From a virus: a stretch of 64,000 bases of DNA. The notes below the pieces were generated by a model. The model made no database searches and was not told where the DNA came from. It saw only the letters and a program-made list of their open reading frames with translations. Location of the stretch: IMG/VR virus record IMGVR_UViG_3300047510_002509. The stretch is one strand, 5' to 3'. A program made the position numbers and the translations under genes. This document shows positions 13,442 through 25,859 of the stretch, one piece after another; within the stretch, counting starts at the first letter, position 1; every line of letters begins with the position of its first letter.

Positions 13442-14092
13442 TTATGTACCTAACCACCAGCTGTAACTAGCTGCAAATGACCCCTGAGCCCCTGTTGGAC
13501 CGACAGGTCCAGTGGAACCACCCTGAGTTTGAATAAAAACACCATTATAAAAAACGTAAGTAATTGCTGTATTAGTGTCAAACCAAGCATCACCATTTAC
13601 AGCAGTTAGTAGATCAGGTGCAGTTGGACTAGCTGTGAATTTACCAACAGGACCAGTTGGACCAGTTGGACCTGGAACCTCGGATTGAGCTCCAGTTGGA
13701 CCAGTTGGACCAGTAACACCGCGAGGACCTGTAGGACCTTGTGGACCAGTTACATTTGAATCTGCACCAGTAGGTCCAGTAAATCCACGCTCACCACGCT
13801 CACCTTGCAAACCTTGCGGACCAGTAGGACCTTGCGGACCAGTAGAACCTACAGGACCTTGAGGACCAGCAACATCAGATACGGGACCCGTCGGACCAGC
13901 AATACCTTGAGTACCAGTTGGTCCTTGTGGACCTGTCGCACCTGTCGGGCCTTGAATACCTTGAGGTCCAGTTGGGCCAGTAGGAGTTACACGCTTAGCT
14001 TCCCAGACAGCGCCAGTCCAAATCCAAGTCTGCCCACCTGCGGTGAACTCTTCGCCAACCACTACGGGTGTTGGAAAATCAATTGCTGCCAC
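13442..14092 (-). CDS. Short collagen-like fibre protein
   Basis: AAIDFP..W.W.G..W N-terminal module, G-X-Y repeats, GDAWF module; GTG start with SD AAGGAG. Confidence 0.8.
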   Translation of the reverse strand: MAAIDFPTPVVVGEEFTAGGQTWIWTGAVWEAKRVTPTGPTGPQGIQGPTGATGPQGPTGTQGIAGPTGPVSDVAGPQGPVGSTGPQGPTGPQGLQGERGERGFTGPTGADSNVTGPQGPTGPRGVTGPTGPTGAQSEVPGPTGPTGPVGKFTASPTAPDLLTAVNGDAWFDTNTAITYVFYNGVFIQTQGGSTGPVGPTGAQGSFAASYSWWLGT

Positions 14093-14141
14093 TTAGCTTG
14101 TCTCCTTTCTGCTCCAAATGTCTATTCTACTTTGATAATTC

Positions 14142-14318
14142 TTAGCCAACTTGTGGTTCTGATTGATTAGCATTCTTCATACTTACATAAGCCTCTGCCC
14201 ATGTAGTTGCAGACTCCAAAGACTCCCATGGTCCGCTTTCATCAATAATGTTGCTTCCATACAGAATCTGCACAATGGGGCCTCTAGGGTTGCTATTTAT
14301 AATCACGTAAGAAAACAT
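14142..14318 (-). CDS. Small hypothetical protein (58 aa)
   Basis: Manual translation MFSYVIINSNPRGP...SEPQVG; abuts the upstream stop codon, GGAGG upstream; below the ORF-track cutoff. Confidence 0.6.
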   Translation of the reverse strand: MFSYVIINSNPRGPIVQILYGSNIIDESGPWESLESATTWAEAYVSMKNANQSEPQVG

Positions 14319-15239
14319 TTAACCTCCCGAATACGCAATCTTGCCACTATTACCTACTGCAATAGCTACCGAATCGTCAAGATATACATCATTTATATTT
14401 GATGTACTAAAACCAGAGTTTCTCTGGACCCAAGAAATTGAATCTGTAGAGGTTGCTAGCTTACCCGCGGTTCCACCAGCTAAATAATAATTTTCTAGAT
14501 TTGACGTGACAGACCTAATCTGGGACGAACCAAAAGTGCTAGCTGGAAATGTTTGTACCCAAGTAAGGCCATTGTTTGAAGTTGCTATTTTTCCAGAGTC
14601 TCCTACAGCAACATACCTGTTTTCTGAAGGGTTACTAGTGACTGAAAAAATAGTGCTTGTAATAAAAGAAGAACCTCTTTGAGTCCAACTAATTCCATTG
14701 GATGATGTTGCCAATTTTCCATCATATCCAACAGCGACCACAAGAGTTGAGTTGGCAAAAAGACCATTTATAAAAGTAGTTCCAAAGGAAGACAAACGCT
14801 GAGTCCACTCAATTCCATCAATTGATGTAGCTAATTTTCCAGAACCACCAACAGCAATCCACAATCCAGCGGATGGAGCATAAGTAATTCCCAAAATTGC
14901 ACTTGCACCAAAAGATGAGGCTCGCAGTGTCCAAGTAATTCCATCTGGAGAGGTAGCCATTTTTCCAGAGCTGCCACCAATAATGTACTGATCGTCACCA
15001 TATGCAATAGCATAAATGTTGCTACCAGCAAAACCTGAAGACCTCTGGGTCCATGAAGTTATATCTCCAGAGGTCGCGACTTTTCCAGAACTCCCAACTG
15101 CAACAAATTGCCCAGTTCCATTAGTAGCAATTCCATTTATGTTTGTAGTACCAAAAGAACTATTTGATACAAGATTCCAAACAGCTGGAAGAAACGCTAC
15201 TGGTAGTGTCGCATGCATTGCATGAGTTGCTATTAACAT
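14319..15239 (-). CDS. Repeat protein, probable beta-propeller tail/receptor-binding domain
   Basis: About seven repeats of VAVG.SGK.ATS.DG..WTQR.S.F; likely start is the ATG at 15239, next to the upstream stop. Confidence 0.75.
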   Translation of the reverse strand: MLIATHAMHATLPVAFLPAVWNLVSNSSFGTTNINGIATNGTGQFVAVGSSGKVATSGDITSWTQRSSGFAGSNIYAIAYGDDQYIIGGSSGKMATSPDGITWTLRASSFGASAILGITYAPSAGLWIAVGGSGKLATSIDGIEWTQRLSSFGTTFINGLFANSTLVVAVGYDGKLATSSNGISWTQRGSSFITSTIFSVTSNPSENRYVAVGDSGKIATSNNGLTWVQTFPASTFGSSQIRSVTSNLENYYLAGGTAGKLATSTDSISWVQRNSGFSTSNINDVYLDDSVAIAVGNSGKIAYSGG

Positions 15240-15240
15240 T

Positions 15241-17130
15241 TTATGCCTGCAAGTTTCCGCTAAGTAACCATGAATTAGCACCAAGCTTTATTAATGAGGC
15301 CACGGCATATCTTTGTTTGCTGGTGTATCTGCTTCCTTCACTGAGAACATTTACCCCAGCGGCTCCAGTAACACTAAATACAGCACTTCCAAGCTGTACA
15401 AGAACCAATTGAGCGCCTGTGTCAAACGTATATCCATTTGTTCCATCAGCTGGAATAGTTACAACGGAAGGAATTGAACTATTTAATTTAACTAAAGAAG
15501 CTGCATCGTTCGCTGTCAAAGTAACAGATGATAAATATTGAGGACCAGTTAAATTAAAGAAAGCTGGGCCAGTAGGACCAGTATCTCCTACAGGACCTTG
15601 AATGCCTTGAATACCTTGCTCACCCTGCGGGCCAGGAACGGTTGATGGGTCTCCTTGGTCACCTTTAGATCCAGTAGGACCCGCTGGGCCTACTGCTCCA
15701 TCTGGACCAGTTGGTCCTTGGATACGACCAACGTTTTGCCAAACTGTTCCATTCCAAACCCAGAGATCGCCTGTTGCTTGAACTACATATGCATCATTAA
15801 TTTGATTGTTAGTTGCAGGCAAATCAACATCGTTAACAACTGTGCCTTTAAACTTAATTGATGCACCTTGTGGACCAGTTGGACCTATAGGACCAACCTC
15901 ACCAGCACCGAGAACTAAATTCCAACTTGAATAAGTATTTCCCTCGCCATTTATTTTGTCTACAAACATCGTTATTGATGTTCCAACAATTCCTGTAATG
16001 ACACCTTCCATATAATCCTGAGGGAAAGTAGCACTAGCTAATCTTGCTCTAGTTCCTACTGCAAAAGCACTAACTTTATTTACAAGGAAGTTTTCCGAAC
16101 CAAGATTTACAGATAAAGTAGCAGAAGATGTTACGCCAGAAAAGCTATCTCCGGGATCACCCTTATCACCTTTAGGACCAGTTACTGCAGGACCAGTTGG
16201 TCCTATTGGGCCTGGAACCGTTGAGTCAGCACCAGTAGGACCAGTTACTGCGGGACCAGTTGGACCAGTTGGACCGGGAATAGTAGAAGCTGCACCTGTT
16301 GCACCAGTAGCACCTGTTGCACCACGAAGACCTGCCGCACCTTCTGGACCTGTTGGACCAGTTGCACCAGTAGCTCCAGTCGGACCAGTTGGACCACCAG
16401 ATGGACCAGTTGGACCTGCATCTCCTGTTGCCCCTGTTGGGCCCGTGACTGAAGGTCCTGTTGCACCAACTGGGCCAGTAGGACCTACGAATCCGCGAGG
16501 ACCTGTAATACCACGCTCACCTTGCAAACCTTGCGGACCAGTTGGGCCAGTCTCTCCTTCTGGGCCTTGTGGGCCAGTAGCACCAATTGGACCTGTTGAA
16601 CCAACAGGACCACGCTCACCTTCGGGGCCAACTTCACCCGTAGGACCAGTAGGGCCTTGTGGACCAGTAGGACCAGTAACGTCTAAACCATTTGCACCTG
16701 TAGGACCAGTATTTCCTTGCGGGCCAGTAGCACCAGTTGGTCCTTGCGGACCAGTCGGACCTAACTCTGTAGATATTGGACCCGTCGCACCTGTAGGACC
16801 AGTGGGTCCTTCACTACCAGAAAGACTGGAAGCAGACTCTACCCAGTAGTCATCAAAATAAACATAAATTTTTCCTGTGGCAGTGTTTAACCATGCATCT
16901 CCAGCAGAAGCTCCAACTGGAGGCGTATCAGCGGCAAGTAGAACTGTTCCTGTCGCACCTGTAGGACCCGTTACGTTACTTGCTGCACCCTGAGGACCTG
17001 TCGCACCCGTGGGTCCAACAACTTGAGAAATTACAAGATTCCACGCGGTGCCATCCCATTGCCAAGTTTGTACACCAGATGTAAATAAATCTCCTATTGT
17101 TGGGGAGTTAGGGAAATCAATGGCTGCCAT
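15241..17130 (-). CDS. Collagen-like fibre protein
   Basis: AAIDFP N-terminal module, long G-X-Y runs, C-terminal ...[15 protein letters not shown] tail-type domain. Confidence 0.8.
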   Translation of the reverse strand: MAAIDFPNSPTIGDLFTSGVQTWQWDGTAWNLVISQVVGPTGATGPQGAASNVTGPTGATGTVLLAADTPPVGASAGDAWLNTATGKIYVYFDDYWVESASSLSGSEGPTGPTGATGPISTELGPTGPQGPTGATGPQGNTGPTGANGLDVTGPTGPQGPTGPTGEVGPEGERGPVGSTGPIGATGPQGPEGETGPTGPQGLQGERGITGPRGFVGPTGPVGATGPSVTGPTGATGDAGPTGPSGGPTGPTGATGATGPTGPEGAAGLRGATGATGATGAASTIPGPTGPTGPAVTGPTGADSTVPGPIGPTGPAVTGPKGDKGDPGDSFSGVTSSATLSVNLGSENFLVNKVSAFAVGTRARLASATFPQDYMEGVITGIVGTSITMFVDKINGEGNTYSSWNLVLGAGEVGPIGPTGPQGASIKFKGTVVNDVDLPATNNQINDAYVVQATGDLWVWNGTVWQNVGRIQGPTGPDGAVGPAGPTGSKGDQGDPSTVPGPQGEQGIQGIQGPVGDTGPTGPAFFNLTGPQYLSSVTLTANDAASLVKLNSSIPSVVTIPADGTNGYTFDTGAQLVLVQLGSAVFSVTGAAGVNVLSEGSRYTSKQRYAVASLIKLGANSWLLSGNLQA

Positions 17131-17141
17131 AAATTATCTCC

Positions 17142-17843
17142 TTATACCGCCGACTCATAGGTAAATTGAACAAGTATCTTGTCATTAGCACTTATCAAAA
17201 ATGGAGTACTTTCCGTAACGGCAACGCCTTCGTCAAAAGTTGCAGACTGAGAGTGCATAAATAGCTCTATACGGTTTGTGAAGTTGTTATTAAAAATTGC
17301 TGTACCAAAATATGTAATACCTGGTCCTTCATCTCGCATAACAACTTGACCAACTGGCTGATAATTTTCCACAATTCCACTAGAAGGCAGACTCAAAGAA
17401 TAAGTACCACTGCCTCGGTTAAATCCAATGGTTCCTGCTTGAATTCTTATTTCACCAAAAATTGTTGCTCCAACATAGGTATATCTACCTTGAAGAGTTC
17501 CATTTCCAATCTGAGGATTTGTAGAGCTTCCATACCAAATTGGTGTATACAAAGTCCAAGGAGCGATTGCAAATTCTCCAGTTGCTCCCGTAGGCCCTGT
17601 AGGACCAGGAACAAGTGATGCCGCACCTTCTGGACCTATTGGACCAGTTGGACCAATCTCACCCTGTGGACCAGTAGCACCGATAGCAGTTGAATCAAGA
17701 CCCGCTGGGCCTGTAGGACCAGTTGGACCTTGAGCACTTGTGCGAACTAAACGCCAAGCAGTGCCGTCCCAGTAGTAAGTGTTAACACCGTTTGTGTACT
17801 CTTGATTTAGAGTTGGATTAGTTGGAAAGTCTATAGCTGTCAT
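17142..17843 (-). CDS. Short collagen-like fibre protein with globular C-terminal domain
   Basis: TAIDFP N-terminal module, G-X-Y run, W..YTP.W....IGNG...GRY domain typical of tail proteins. Confidence 0.75.
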   Translation of the reverse strand: MTAIDFPTNPTLNQEYTNGVNTYYWDGTAWRLVRTSAQGPTGPTGPAGLDSTAIGATGPQGEIGPTGPIGPEGAASLVPGPTGPTGATGEFAIAPWTLYTPIWYGSSTNPQIGNGTLQGRYTYVGATIFGEIRIQAGTIGFNRGSGTYSLSLPSSGIVENYQPVGQVVMRDEGPGITYFGTAIFNNNFTNRIELFMHSQSATFDEGVAVTESTPFLISANDKILVQFTYESAV

Positions 17844-17857
17844 CTATTTATCCTCTT

Positions 17858-20800
17858 CTAACTCGGTACCGAAACAAAAGCACCAGTTATATACAAAGCT
17901 GTGCCTGTGCTTAGTGTAGTAGGAGCAGTGCCAGTTACAGGGGTAAGCAACCCATTGGTTCCTTCAAAATAAAGTTTCATTGTTGCAGAACCTTCTGATT
18001 GGCTAATAGCCTTTACTGAATATAAACTTCCAGCTTGCGAACCGTCTATATCCAAAAATCCAACCGCGGTGATAGTTTCAACTGAATTCGGTAGGAATGG
18101 AAGAGTTACTGTCAACTGCGCAGAGCTAAAAGCAGAGTTGGAATAAATAATTCTCACACCAAAAGTGACATCTTGACCGTACCTCGTATACTCACCAAAA
18201 ACAGTAGGAGTTCCTGTTATACCTCCAGCAATTGGTACATACTGATTTGATACAGGTTCTCCTGTAGGTCCTGTTGGACCCGAAGGACCAGTTGGACCAA
18301 TCTTGTCAACAATCTCGATGATGCCACCGATACTTGGCTCAGTAACGTCAACATAAACTAGTTGTGTTGGAGCATCAAGTGGTACATCATAAATAATGGT
18401 TGTGTCTGCGCTAGCTCCAGTACGACCCTGAGTAGGAGAGTTATTGATTGTTCCTGGAACAGTAGAAGCAGAGAATTGACTTAAACGAAGCGCAAATGGG
18501 TTTGAAGTTAAAACTTGACTTACGTCAATATAAACACGTTCGCCTCGAACTGCAGTTAGGGTTGGGTTTCCTCCAAGCAATGATTGAACTTGGTAAGAGC
18601 CACCATCTCCAGTAGAAGTTACTATATAAGTAACTCCACCCTTAGCTCCCGTAGGACCAAATGGACCTGTAGGACCAGTTGGACCTGGTTGGGTAGATGC
18701 TGGACCAGTAGGACCAGTAACTCCTGGACCAGTAGGACCAGTAGGACCAACAATTTGTCCTACATTATTCCAACTATCTCCATCCCAAACATACAAATCG
18801 CCATCAGCATCTACAGCGCGACCATCATTAAGAGTGTTGCCAGTAGAAGGAAGTTCTCCAACTGTCGCAACGCTTGCTTTCATTGTGATTGAAGTACCTT
18901 GTGGTCCTGTTGGACCAGTCGGTCCTAAATCACCCTGAGGACCAGTTGGACCTTCAACCGTTGAGTCAGCACCAGTAGGACCAGTAGGACCAATCAAAGC
19001 ACCAGCTTCAATCCATCCATCTTCAGAGGTATAGATATAGATAGTGTCTTCTTCGTAGATAACGTAGAAATCGCCTACCTCGGCTGAAGTTGCTCCAGCT
19101 CCAGCAATAAAGTCTGCGTAAGTGTTGTAGTAACCCTTAGCTTGAGAACCGACACCCTGAGGACCAGTAGGACCAGTAACAATTGGGCCTGTGGCTCCTG
19201 TTGCTCCCGTTGGACCTACTAATCTGCCTTGGTCTTCCCAAGCTGAACCATTCCACACCCAAAGATTGCCTGTATCTAAAACAATGTATGCATCATTTGT
19301 TGTGTTACCAGAAGTAGGCAACTCTGATGATGAAGCCAAGTTTCCTAGTAGATTTAAAGAAAATCCTTGAGGACCCTGAGGGCCCGTTGGGCCTGTATCA
19401 CCTTGAGCACCAGTTGGGCCTGTTGCTCCACCAAACTCTGTCGTACCTACTTCGACCCAGAAGTCGTCGTAGTAAACAAATACAGCACCATTTACAGTGT
19501 CGAACCAAACTTGACCAGCAACTGGGTTTTCTGGTGGAGTAGCAGATTTAGGTATGAACTGTCCGTCTGGACCTGTTGGTCCAACAAACTGTCCAGCATC
19601 TACCCAACCAGAACCATCCCAAACATAAAGATTTCCATCTGCAGCAACAACATAAGCATCATTTAAATTATTGTCAGATGCTGGGAGTAAGCTAGTTGTG
19701 GCTATCTCTCCAATAACATTTAGAGCAACTCCTTGCGGACCAGTGGGTCCTGTTGGACCAGTTGGACCTGTAACCTGAGAGTCTGCACCTGTAGGACCAG
19801 TTACACCCTGAATACCTTGCTCACCCTGAATACCCTGAATACCTTGAGGACCAGTAGGTCCTGTTGGACCTGTCACTTCTGGTCCAGTTGGGCCAGTAAT
19901 TCCTCGATAACCAGTAGGACCCGTCGCACCTGTAGGTCCAGTAGGTCCTTCGACAGTGCTGTCTAAACCTGCAGGACCTGTAGGACCAGTAGGTCCGACT
20001 GGAGCTGCACCAGTTTCAATCCAATAACCGTCGTAGTAAACATAAGTTTTTCCATTGTTGCTGTTAAACCAAGCATCACCATTGTCAGGAGAGGCAGGAG
20101 GAGTTGAATCAGCAATTGCAAAAGCACCCAGCTCGCCTTGGGTACCTGTTGGACCAGTTGCACCAGTAGCACCTGTTGGTCCAAGAGGACCAGTTGGGCC
20201 TTGGATATTTCCAACGTTGTCCCACTCAAGACCGATTGCGTCCCAAACGTACAGGTCACCATTTACTAAGTATCCGTCGCCTTCATTACCTGTTGGTTGT
20301 GCGGCTTGTAGTGAAGCAAGGTCTGGGTATGAACCAAGAATTGTTACACCTACACCTGGATCACCTTGAGAACCAGTAGCACCAGTAGGACCAGTTACAC
20401 CTTGAATACCTTGTGAACCTGTAGGACCAGTAGCACCTGTTGGCCCCACTTCACCTTGTGGACCAGTTACACCTTGCTCACCTTGTGGACCAGTTACACC
20501 TTGCTCACCTTGTGGACCAGTAGCACCTGTTGGCCCCACTTCACCTTGTGGACCAGTTACACCTTGCTCACCTTGTGGACCAGTAGCACCAACTTCACCT
20601 GTTGCACCAGTTGGACCTACTTCACCCTGAGGACCAGTTGGACCTTCAACCGTTGAGTCAGCACCAGTAGGACCAGTAGGACCAGTTACACCTTGCTCAC
20701 CCTGAGGACCAGTAGGACCCTCGACTGTGCTATCTGCACCTGTAGCACCTGTAGGACCAATCTCACCCTGTGGGCCAGTTGGACCTGTAGCACCTGTTGG

Positions 20801-23557
20801 ACCAACCTCACCTTGAATACCTTGCTCACCCTGTGGGCCAGTAGCACCTGTTGGACCAACCTCACCTTGAGCACCAGTTGGACCTGGAACTGTGCTATCA
20901 GCACCAGTAGGACCCGTGGCACCAGTTGGACCAGTAGCACCTGTAGGACCTTCAACGGTGCTGTCAGCACCAGTTGGACCTTGCGGACCAGTGATTGCTG
21001 GGCCAGTGGCACCAGTGGCACCTGTAGGACCTATAGGCCCTTGAGGACCCATATCTCCAGTACGTGCAAAAGTAATAATGATGTCTTCATCATTTGAGAA
21101 TGCTGTTGCTAAACCACTTACATAAGAAACTGGAACTGTGAAATATCCAGAATTCTCGGCAATGTTTCCAGTAATAGCAAACAAAGCAAAGTCAGCAGAG
21201 TTTGTTTTATTGCTGATTCGGAAGTGACCCTTAATTGGGCTGGTTGAATCATCAATTGTTCTAAGGAATGCTTGAATGTCGATGGCCCCATCGGACTCAT
21301 CGTCAATAAACATGTATGTGGAAAGTTGAAGGTCTGCAGTATTAAATCGCAGTTTGCCAACACCTGGGTCTGCTTCTGCAGTTGTTGATGAGAATGTGAA
21401 GTCGAAAGATGCTCCACCAAAATTACCAGCTGGTCCTGTCGCACCTGTAGCACCAGTAGCACCAGATACACCTTGCTCGCCTGTCGCACCTGTCGCACCA
21501 GTTGCGCCTACTGCTCCATCGGCTCCTGCGGCACCAGTAGGTCCAGTTGCGCCCACATTTCCTTGAGCTCCAGTAGGTCCAGTTGCTCCCGCTGCTCCTG
21601 TGCTTCCTGCAGCACCTGTAGGTCCAGTCGCACCTGCTTCTCCTTGAATTCCTTGTGCACCTGTTGCTCCTGTTGCTCCCGTTGCGCCTGTCGCACCTGT
21701 GGCACCAGTGTCACCTTTGTCACCAGTACGAGCAAATGTGAGAATTACATCTGCTCCATTTGAATAAGAAGTTGCAAGACCACTTACATATGCAACTGGA
21801 ACTTTAAAATAACCAGAGGCCTCAGTGCTTGCGCCCGTAATTGCAAAAAACGCGTAGTTGTTTGAATCTGTCTTTACCGCAATGCGGATGTGACCCTTGA
21901 TTGTGCTGGTTGAGTCATCGATTGTTCGAAGGTAGTTTTGAATATCAACTGCACCATCAGACTCGTCATCGATGTACATAAATGTTGCAGCACTTAAATC
22001 TGCATTATTAAAACGAACTCCACCAGTACCTGGGTCTGAATCAGTAATTAGTGAGCTAAATGTGTAATCAAGTGTTACTCCACCAAACGAACCTTGTGGA
22101 CCAGTAGGACCTGTTACACCCTCGGGACCTTGTGGGCCAGTAGCACCTGTTACTGATTGACCTGTCGCACCTGTTGCACCTGTAGCACCAGTTGGACCAG
22201 CAACGCCTGTTGCACCCGTTGGACCCTGAATACCTTGCTCACCTGTAGCACCTGCAGGACCAGTTACACCCTGAATACCTTGTTCACCTTGTGGACCTGT
22301 TGCTCCTGTAGCACCAGTCTCTCCCGCTGGGCCTACAGCACCTGTAGCACCTGTAGGACCTGTATCCCCAGTTGCACCTGTTGCACCAACTGAACCTTGA
22401 GCACCTGTTGCACCAGTTGGTCCAACTGGTCCAACCTCACCTGTGGCACCTGTAGGACCTGGCACTGTGCTAGCGGAACCTTGAGCACCTGTTGCACCAG
22501 TAGCACCTGTTGCACCAGTAGCACCAGTTGGTCCTCTATCACCGATATCGCCTGTTCGAGCAAAAGTAACTAAAACATCATCATCAGTATTAAAAGATGC
22601 GGCTAGACCACTGAGATATGCAACCTCAACTTTGAAATAACCACTATCTTCTACATAATTTTCAATTGCAAAAATTGCTGAGTAGTTCGAATCACTCTTG
22701 CGTGAAATTCTAAAGTGACCTTTAAGTTGGCTGGTCGAAGCCATAATTGTGCGCAGAAGATTTTGAACATCAATGCCGCCATCTTGCTCATCGTCAATAA
22801 ACATGTAACTAGCAGAAGCAAGGTCAGCATTATTAAATTTAATTCGTCCAGAACCTGGGTCTGAATCGGTTGTGTTTGTGCTGAACGTCATGTCCAGCGT
22901 TACTCCACCAAACTGACCTGCAGGACCAGTGGCACCTGTAGGACCAGTTACATTAGATGCTGCACCTGTTGGTCCTTGCTCACCTTGAGCACCTGTAGGA
23001 CCAGTAGGTCCTTCGACAGTTGAGGCTGCTCCCGTAGCACCTGTAGCACCAGTTGGACCGACGCTACCTGTTGCACCAGTAGCTCCAGTTGGTCCTGTCG
23101 AACCCGTGCTTCCTGTTGGTCCACCAGCGGGACCCGCTGGGCCTGTAGGACCTTGAGGACCTGCTGGACCGACTTGACCGCGAAGAACGTCGATACCTGC
23201 AGGAGATGTGGTGATACGGTCAACCGTGTCAAGTTTGGTTATATCAATGTCACTGTTATCGCCCTGAGGCAAATAAAATCTAAATTCTGTTGAACGTCTG
23301 CCAGAAATTCTTACTTTTGCAGTCCAATACCAACCGCGGGGGCTGAGGTCTAGGTCATCGGTGCAAGGAAGTTCTACTGAAAAAGAGCCTGTACTGTTAA
23401 GAGTAGCCGTAATTGGGCTAGATACAATAATTGCATCATTTGTGTCTTCAATTCGACTTGATGCTGTAAAGGTGATTGTGCCAGACGCAGGGGAGCCAGA
23501 ACTCTTTAAGTACTGACCAACAACACTTCTTGTGTTTACGTCAGGAGAAAAACTCAT
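17858..23557 (-). CDS. Giant collagen-like fibre protein (1899 aa)
   Basis: N-terminal baseplate-attachment-like segment ([21 protein letters not shown]); three copies of a ~120-aa FGG..D.TFS...FARTGD domain; extensive G-X-Y. Confidence 0.8.
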   Translation of the reverse strand: MSFSPDVNTRSVVGQYLKSSGSPASGTITFTASSRIEDTNDAIIVSSPITATLNSTGSFSVELPCTDDLDLSPRGWYWTAKVRISGRRSTEFRFYLPQGDNSDIDITKLDTVDRITTSPAGIDVLRGQVGPAGPQGPTGPAGPAGGPTGSTGSTGPTGATGATGSVGPTGATGATGAASTVEGPTGPTGAQGEQGPTGAASNVTGPTGATGPAGQFGGVTLDMTFSTNTTDSDPGSGRIKFNNADLASASYMFIDDEQDGGIDVQNLLRTIMASTSQLKGHFRISRKSDSNYSAIFAIENYVEDSGYFKVEVAYLSGLAASFNTDDDVLVTFARTGDIGDRGPTGATGATGATGATGAQGSASTVPGPTGATGEVGPVGPTGATGAQGSVGATGATGDTGPTGATGAVGPAGETGATGATGPQGEQGIQGVTGPAGATGEQGIQGPTGATGVAGPTGATGATGATGQSVTGATGPQGPEGVTGPTGPQGSFGGVTLDYTFSSLITDSDPGTGGVRFNNADLSAATFMYIDDESDGAVDIQNYLRTIDDSTSTIKGHIRIAVKTDSNNYAFFAITGASTEASGYFKVPVAYVSGLATSYSNGADVILTFARTGDKGDTGATGATGATGATGATGAQGIQGEAGATGPTGAAGSTGAAGATGPTGAQGNVGATGPTGAAGADGAVGATGATGATGEQGVSGATGATGATGPAGNFGGASFDFTFSSTTAEADPGVGKLRFNTADLQLSTYMFIDDESDGAIDIQAFLRTIDDSTSPIKGHFRISNKTNSADFALFAITGNIAENSGYFTVPVSYVSGLATAFSNDEDIIITFARTGDMGPQGPIGPTGATGATGPAITGPQGPTGADSTVEGPTGATGPTGATGPTGADSTVPGPTGAQGEVGPTGATGPQGEQGIQGEVGPTGATGPTGPQGEIGPTGATGADSTVEGPTGPQGEQGVTGPTGPTGADSTVEGPTGPQGEVGPTGATGEVGATGPQGEQGVTGPQGEVGPTGATGPQGEQGVTGPQGEQGVTGPQGEVGPTGATGPTGSQGIQGVTGPTGATGSQGDPGVGVTILGSYPDLASLQAAQPTGNEGDGYLVNGDLYVWDAIGLEWDNVGNIQGPTGPLGPTGATGATGPTGTQGELGAFAIADSTPPASPDNGDAWFNSNNGKTYVYYDGYWIETGAAPVGPTGPTGPAGLDSTVEGPTGPTGATGPTGYRGITGPTGPEVTGPTGPTGPQGIQGIQGEQGIQGVTGPTGADSQVTGPTGPTGPTGPQGVALNVIGEIATTSLLPASDNNLNDAYVVAADGNLYVWDGSGWVDAGQFVGPTGPDGQFIPKSATPPENPVAGQVWFDTVNGAVFVYYDDFWVEVGTTEFGGATGPTGAQGDTGPTGPQGPQGFSLNLLGNLASSSELPTSGNTTNDAYIVLDTGNLWVWNGSAWEDQGRLVGPTGATGATGPIVTGPTGPQGVGSQAKGYYNTYADFIAGAGATSAEVGDFYVIYEEDTIYIYTSEDGWIEAGALIGPTGPTGADSTVEGPTGPQGDLGPTGPTGPQGTSITMKASVATVGELPSTGNTLNDGRAVDADGDLYVWDGDSWNNVGQIVGPTGPTGPGVTGPTGPASTQPGPTGPTGPFGPTGAKGGVTYIVTSTGDGGSYQVQSLLGGNPTLTAVRGERVYIDVSQVLTSNPFALRLSQFSASTVPGTINNSPTQGRTGASADTTIIYDVPLDAPTQLVYVDVTEPSIGGIIEIVDKIGPTGPSGPTGPTGEPVSNQYVPIAGGITGTPTVFGEYTRYGQDVTFGVRIIYSNSAFSSAQLTVTLPFLPNSVETITAVGFLDIDGSQAGSLYSVKAISQSEGSATMKLYFEGTNGLLTPVTGTAPTTLSTGTALYITGAFVSVPS
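20452..20590. repeat. 27-bp tandem-like repeat units encoding GEQGVTGPQ in the collagen gene
   Basis: CACCTTGTGGACCAGTTACACCTTGCT at 20452, 20479 and 20542. Confidence 0.8.
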
Positions 23558-23662
23558 TCGCGGTGCTCCAGGTCTCGACGGTCTCTACAGGAGACTGCAC
23601 AGGCAAACAGGCTCCTCGACTGTTTTATATTGTACGCTGTCGCGGACATGGCTATCTTTAAA

Positions 23663-24880
23663 TTATGCGCTTCTTGTAGCACATAAAACACTTATATCCC
23701 TTCTTGGGTTATGGTCTCCACCAATAACCAAAGTTAGGACACCGGGGGGTGATTCCAACCCGTGCCTGTCTCTAAACCACGCACTTCCTGGGTCAGTGGT
23801 TGGAGCTTGCAGCCACAAGCGACTTCCCACATCCATGCTTTTGAAAGAATGATAATGCCCAGAAATCCAAACATCACAGGCCCCTAAGGGGGTTTGACCT
23901 GCTGATTGCTCAGATAAATATTTTAAGACATCTCTACCAGTTTGATGTCCGTGAAAAAGACCAAGCATGGTCCCACAAACATTTACAGCTAATGTTTGAT
24001 GCTGCTTTTCAGGGAATCTAAACTCCACATGAGACAAATTATCGTTTTCTGCGCAGGCATCTTGCACAGCGCTTGCGATCTCAACGTTCCAACCATCTGA
24101 TGGGTCTGTTATAACTTGACGACCTGCTTCGTCATGGTTTCCATTTACTACAGGTACAACTATTTTTTCAGCGTAAGGAGCAAAAGCTTTTACCTGAGCC
24201 AACAAAAGACGACGAGCAAGCCTAGTTTGCTCTGTTATACCTAAATCTGATACAGCTTGACCTTGAACTCTTCCTCCTTGAGAAACGGTTCCTTCTACAT
24301 GGTCTCCTGGAAGTGGGATTACAACAGTTCCTATAGGTCTTCCAATTTTTCTCAGCTCTAGAAGTCTCTGTACTCCAGCTTCAGTTAGGTCAAGCAAGCG
24401 TTTTACAGTTGTGTCAGTTCCAACATCTCCTTGCTTTTTTCCAATCTGCTGATCACTTGGAGCAAAAACATATGCAAGCTCTCCAGTAATTTTTTGAGAT
24501 ACTTTTGAAGGTCTCCATTTAGAAACTTCGCTTATTAATTTTTCTAAATCAAAGTCCATCTCCACAGAGGAAGCAGAAGAGGTTGGTGTGAGACTGGCTC
24601 GGTATGCTTCTAGCCATTCACCTCTATGGTTTTGCCACCTTGACCTTCTTAGAGAGCTAATTGACCAATCTTTTGGGTCTAAGTCAAACTCTTTTAAAAG
24701 TTCAACTGCATCTGCGCTATTACCCGCTGGTCTTGGTGTTGATATAAAAAATCCCTCGCCTTTAGACGGGTCTACCTCGAGGCGGGGTCTCCACGATTCG
24801 GGGGTGTTGGAGTCTCTATAATCAGAACCGCTTGGCCCCGGTGAAATTAGCTCAGCGAGTCTGTCTGTTAGAGACGACAT
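23663..24880 (-). CDS. Calcineurin-like metallophosphoesterase/nuclease
   Basis: Motifs SDQQIG, GDHVEG, GNHDE, HGH and GHYH. Confidence 0.8.
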   Translation of the reverse strand: MSSLTDRLAELISPGPSGSDYRDSNTPESWRPRLEVDPSKGEGFFISTPRPAGNSADAVELLKEFDLDPKDWSISSLRRSRWQNHRGEWLEAYRASLTPTSSASSVEMDFDLEKLISEVSKWRPSKVSQKITGELAYVFAPSDQQIGKKQGDVGTDTTVKRLLDLTEAGVQRLLELRKIGRPIGTVVIPLPGDHVEGTVSQGGRVQGQAVSDLGITEQTRLARRLLLAQVKAFAPYAEKIVVPVVNGNHDEAGRQVITDPSDGWNVEIASAVQDACAENDNLSHVEFRFPEKQHQTLAVNVCGTMLGLFHGHQTGRDVLKYLSEQSAGQTPLGACDVWISGHYHSFKSMDVGSRLWLQAPTTDPGSAWFRDRHGLESPPGVLTLVIGGDHNPRRDISVLCATRSA

Positions 24881-25158
24881 CAGTTCTCCTTAATCGCTTT
24901 ATCTCTGCCAGTAAAGCAGCGGCACTGCTGACGTCTATGTAGTGTTATAGATGCAAATGCCACTTCATATCCTTCATCAAGAAGAATTCGGTGAACTTGT
25001 CGATTTGACACTGTCCCTGACTTAGAACGAGTAGAGAAAATTAACTCTAAAGCTTCCTTGTCTTCACCCTCTAGCTCGGTTAGAAGCTTTCCAATGCCGC
25101 AGGGGAGCCCTGGTTCAGAACGTTTAATATCGCGTAGTTTTTCGGCTAAACTCATCAC
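24880..25158 (-). CDS. Small hypothetical protein (possible DNA/Zn-binding)
   Basis: ORF track; C-terminal HRRQQCRC; coupled to the phosphoesterase gene. Confidence 0.6.
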   Translation of the reverse strand: MMSLAEKLRDIKRSEPGLPCGIGKLLTELEGEDKEALELIFSTRSKSGTVSNRQVHRILLDEGYEVAFASITLHRRQQCRCFTGRDKAIKEN

Positions 25159-25271
25159 AATCCTCCAGTTAAGGTCACCGTAAACTTAACGGTTACTCTA
25201 TACAAAAGGATAACACTAAAAATATAAAATTAATAGTGTTTAGTGTATGGGCGTGTTATAAAAAAGTGTTT

Positions 25272-25670
25272 CTAGGAATTAGGAGATTTCCTGTTTCTTC
25301 GCTTCATAGGTGGTTCAGCCATAGGTACAGTGTCTGGGATTACCACCGCTTGGGCTAGAACTTTAATTATTAAATCTTTGGTTTCGCTAGTTTCCTTGTG
25401 GAGGTCAGATATTTGGGTCTCAAGGGAGCTGGTCTTTCTGGCTACATCTGCTAGGCTAAGCCCCCCATTCGCGTTAGGGTGAATTGGCTCTGTGGCTACT
25501 TCAATTTCTTCGCGTATAATTCGACGGAGTAGCTTTAACCAAAATCTGGTTACTCCAAAGAATGCCCCTGTAAGAGCAATTAGGAACATCAAAATCGCTG
25601 AGACATCGCCGATGTCTAGAGAATTTGGAGTCCCTGGCTCCCACCAAGAGGCAGCCAAGGCTGAAATCAT
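25272..25670 (-). CDS. Membrane protein (single TM plus coiled coil), lysis/holin-associated type
   Basis: Hydrophobic helix; NANGGLSLAD resembles the NGGSS motif of actinophage membrane proteins. Confidence 0.55.
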   Translation of the reverse strand: MISALAASWWEPGTPNSLDIGDVSAILMFLIALTGAFFGVTRFWLKLLRRIIREEIEVATEPIHPNANGGLSLADVARKTSSLETQISDLHKETSETKDLIIKVLAQAVVIPDTVPMAEPPMKRRNRKSPNS

Positions 25671-25859
25671 TTTTTGGTCCTAACTGTATGGTCTAGTAGC
25701 GAAGACTATGGATATAGTTTATATTAAGTTTTGGCGGACTAGGTTGGTCTAGCGAAAGCCAAAGATGTATATTTGCTACACGCCCAAAATTTTTTGTTGC
25801 TTGTCTTGACTCTTGTTTTAGAGTTAGGATACTTTTAGTTCTATGACGACGGAGGTTAA

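Noticed and set aside
4548-23557. Diversity-generating retroelement acting on fibre genes
   Set aside because: No reverse transcriptase, and no template/variable repeat pair differing at adenines was seen.
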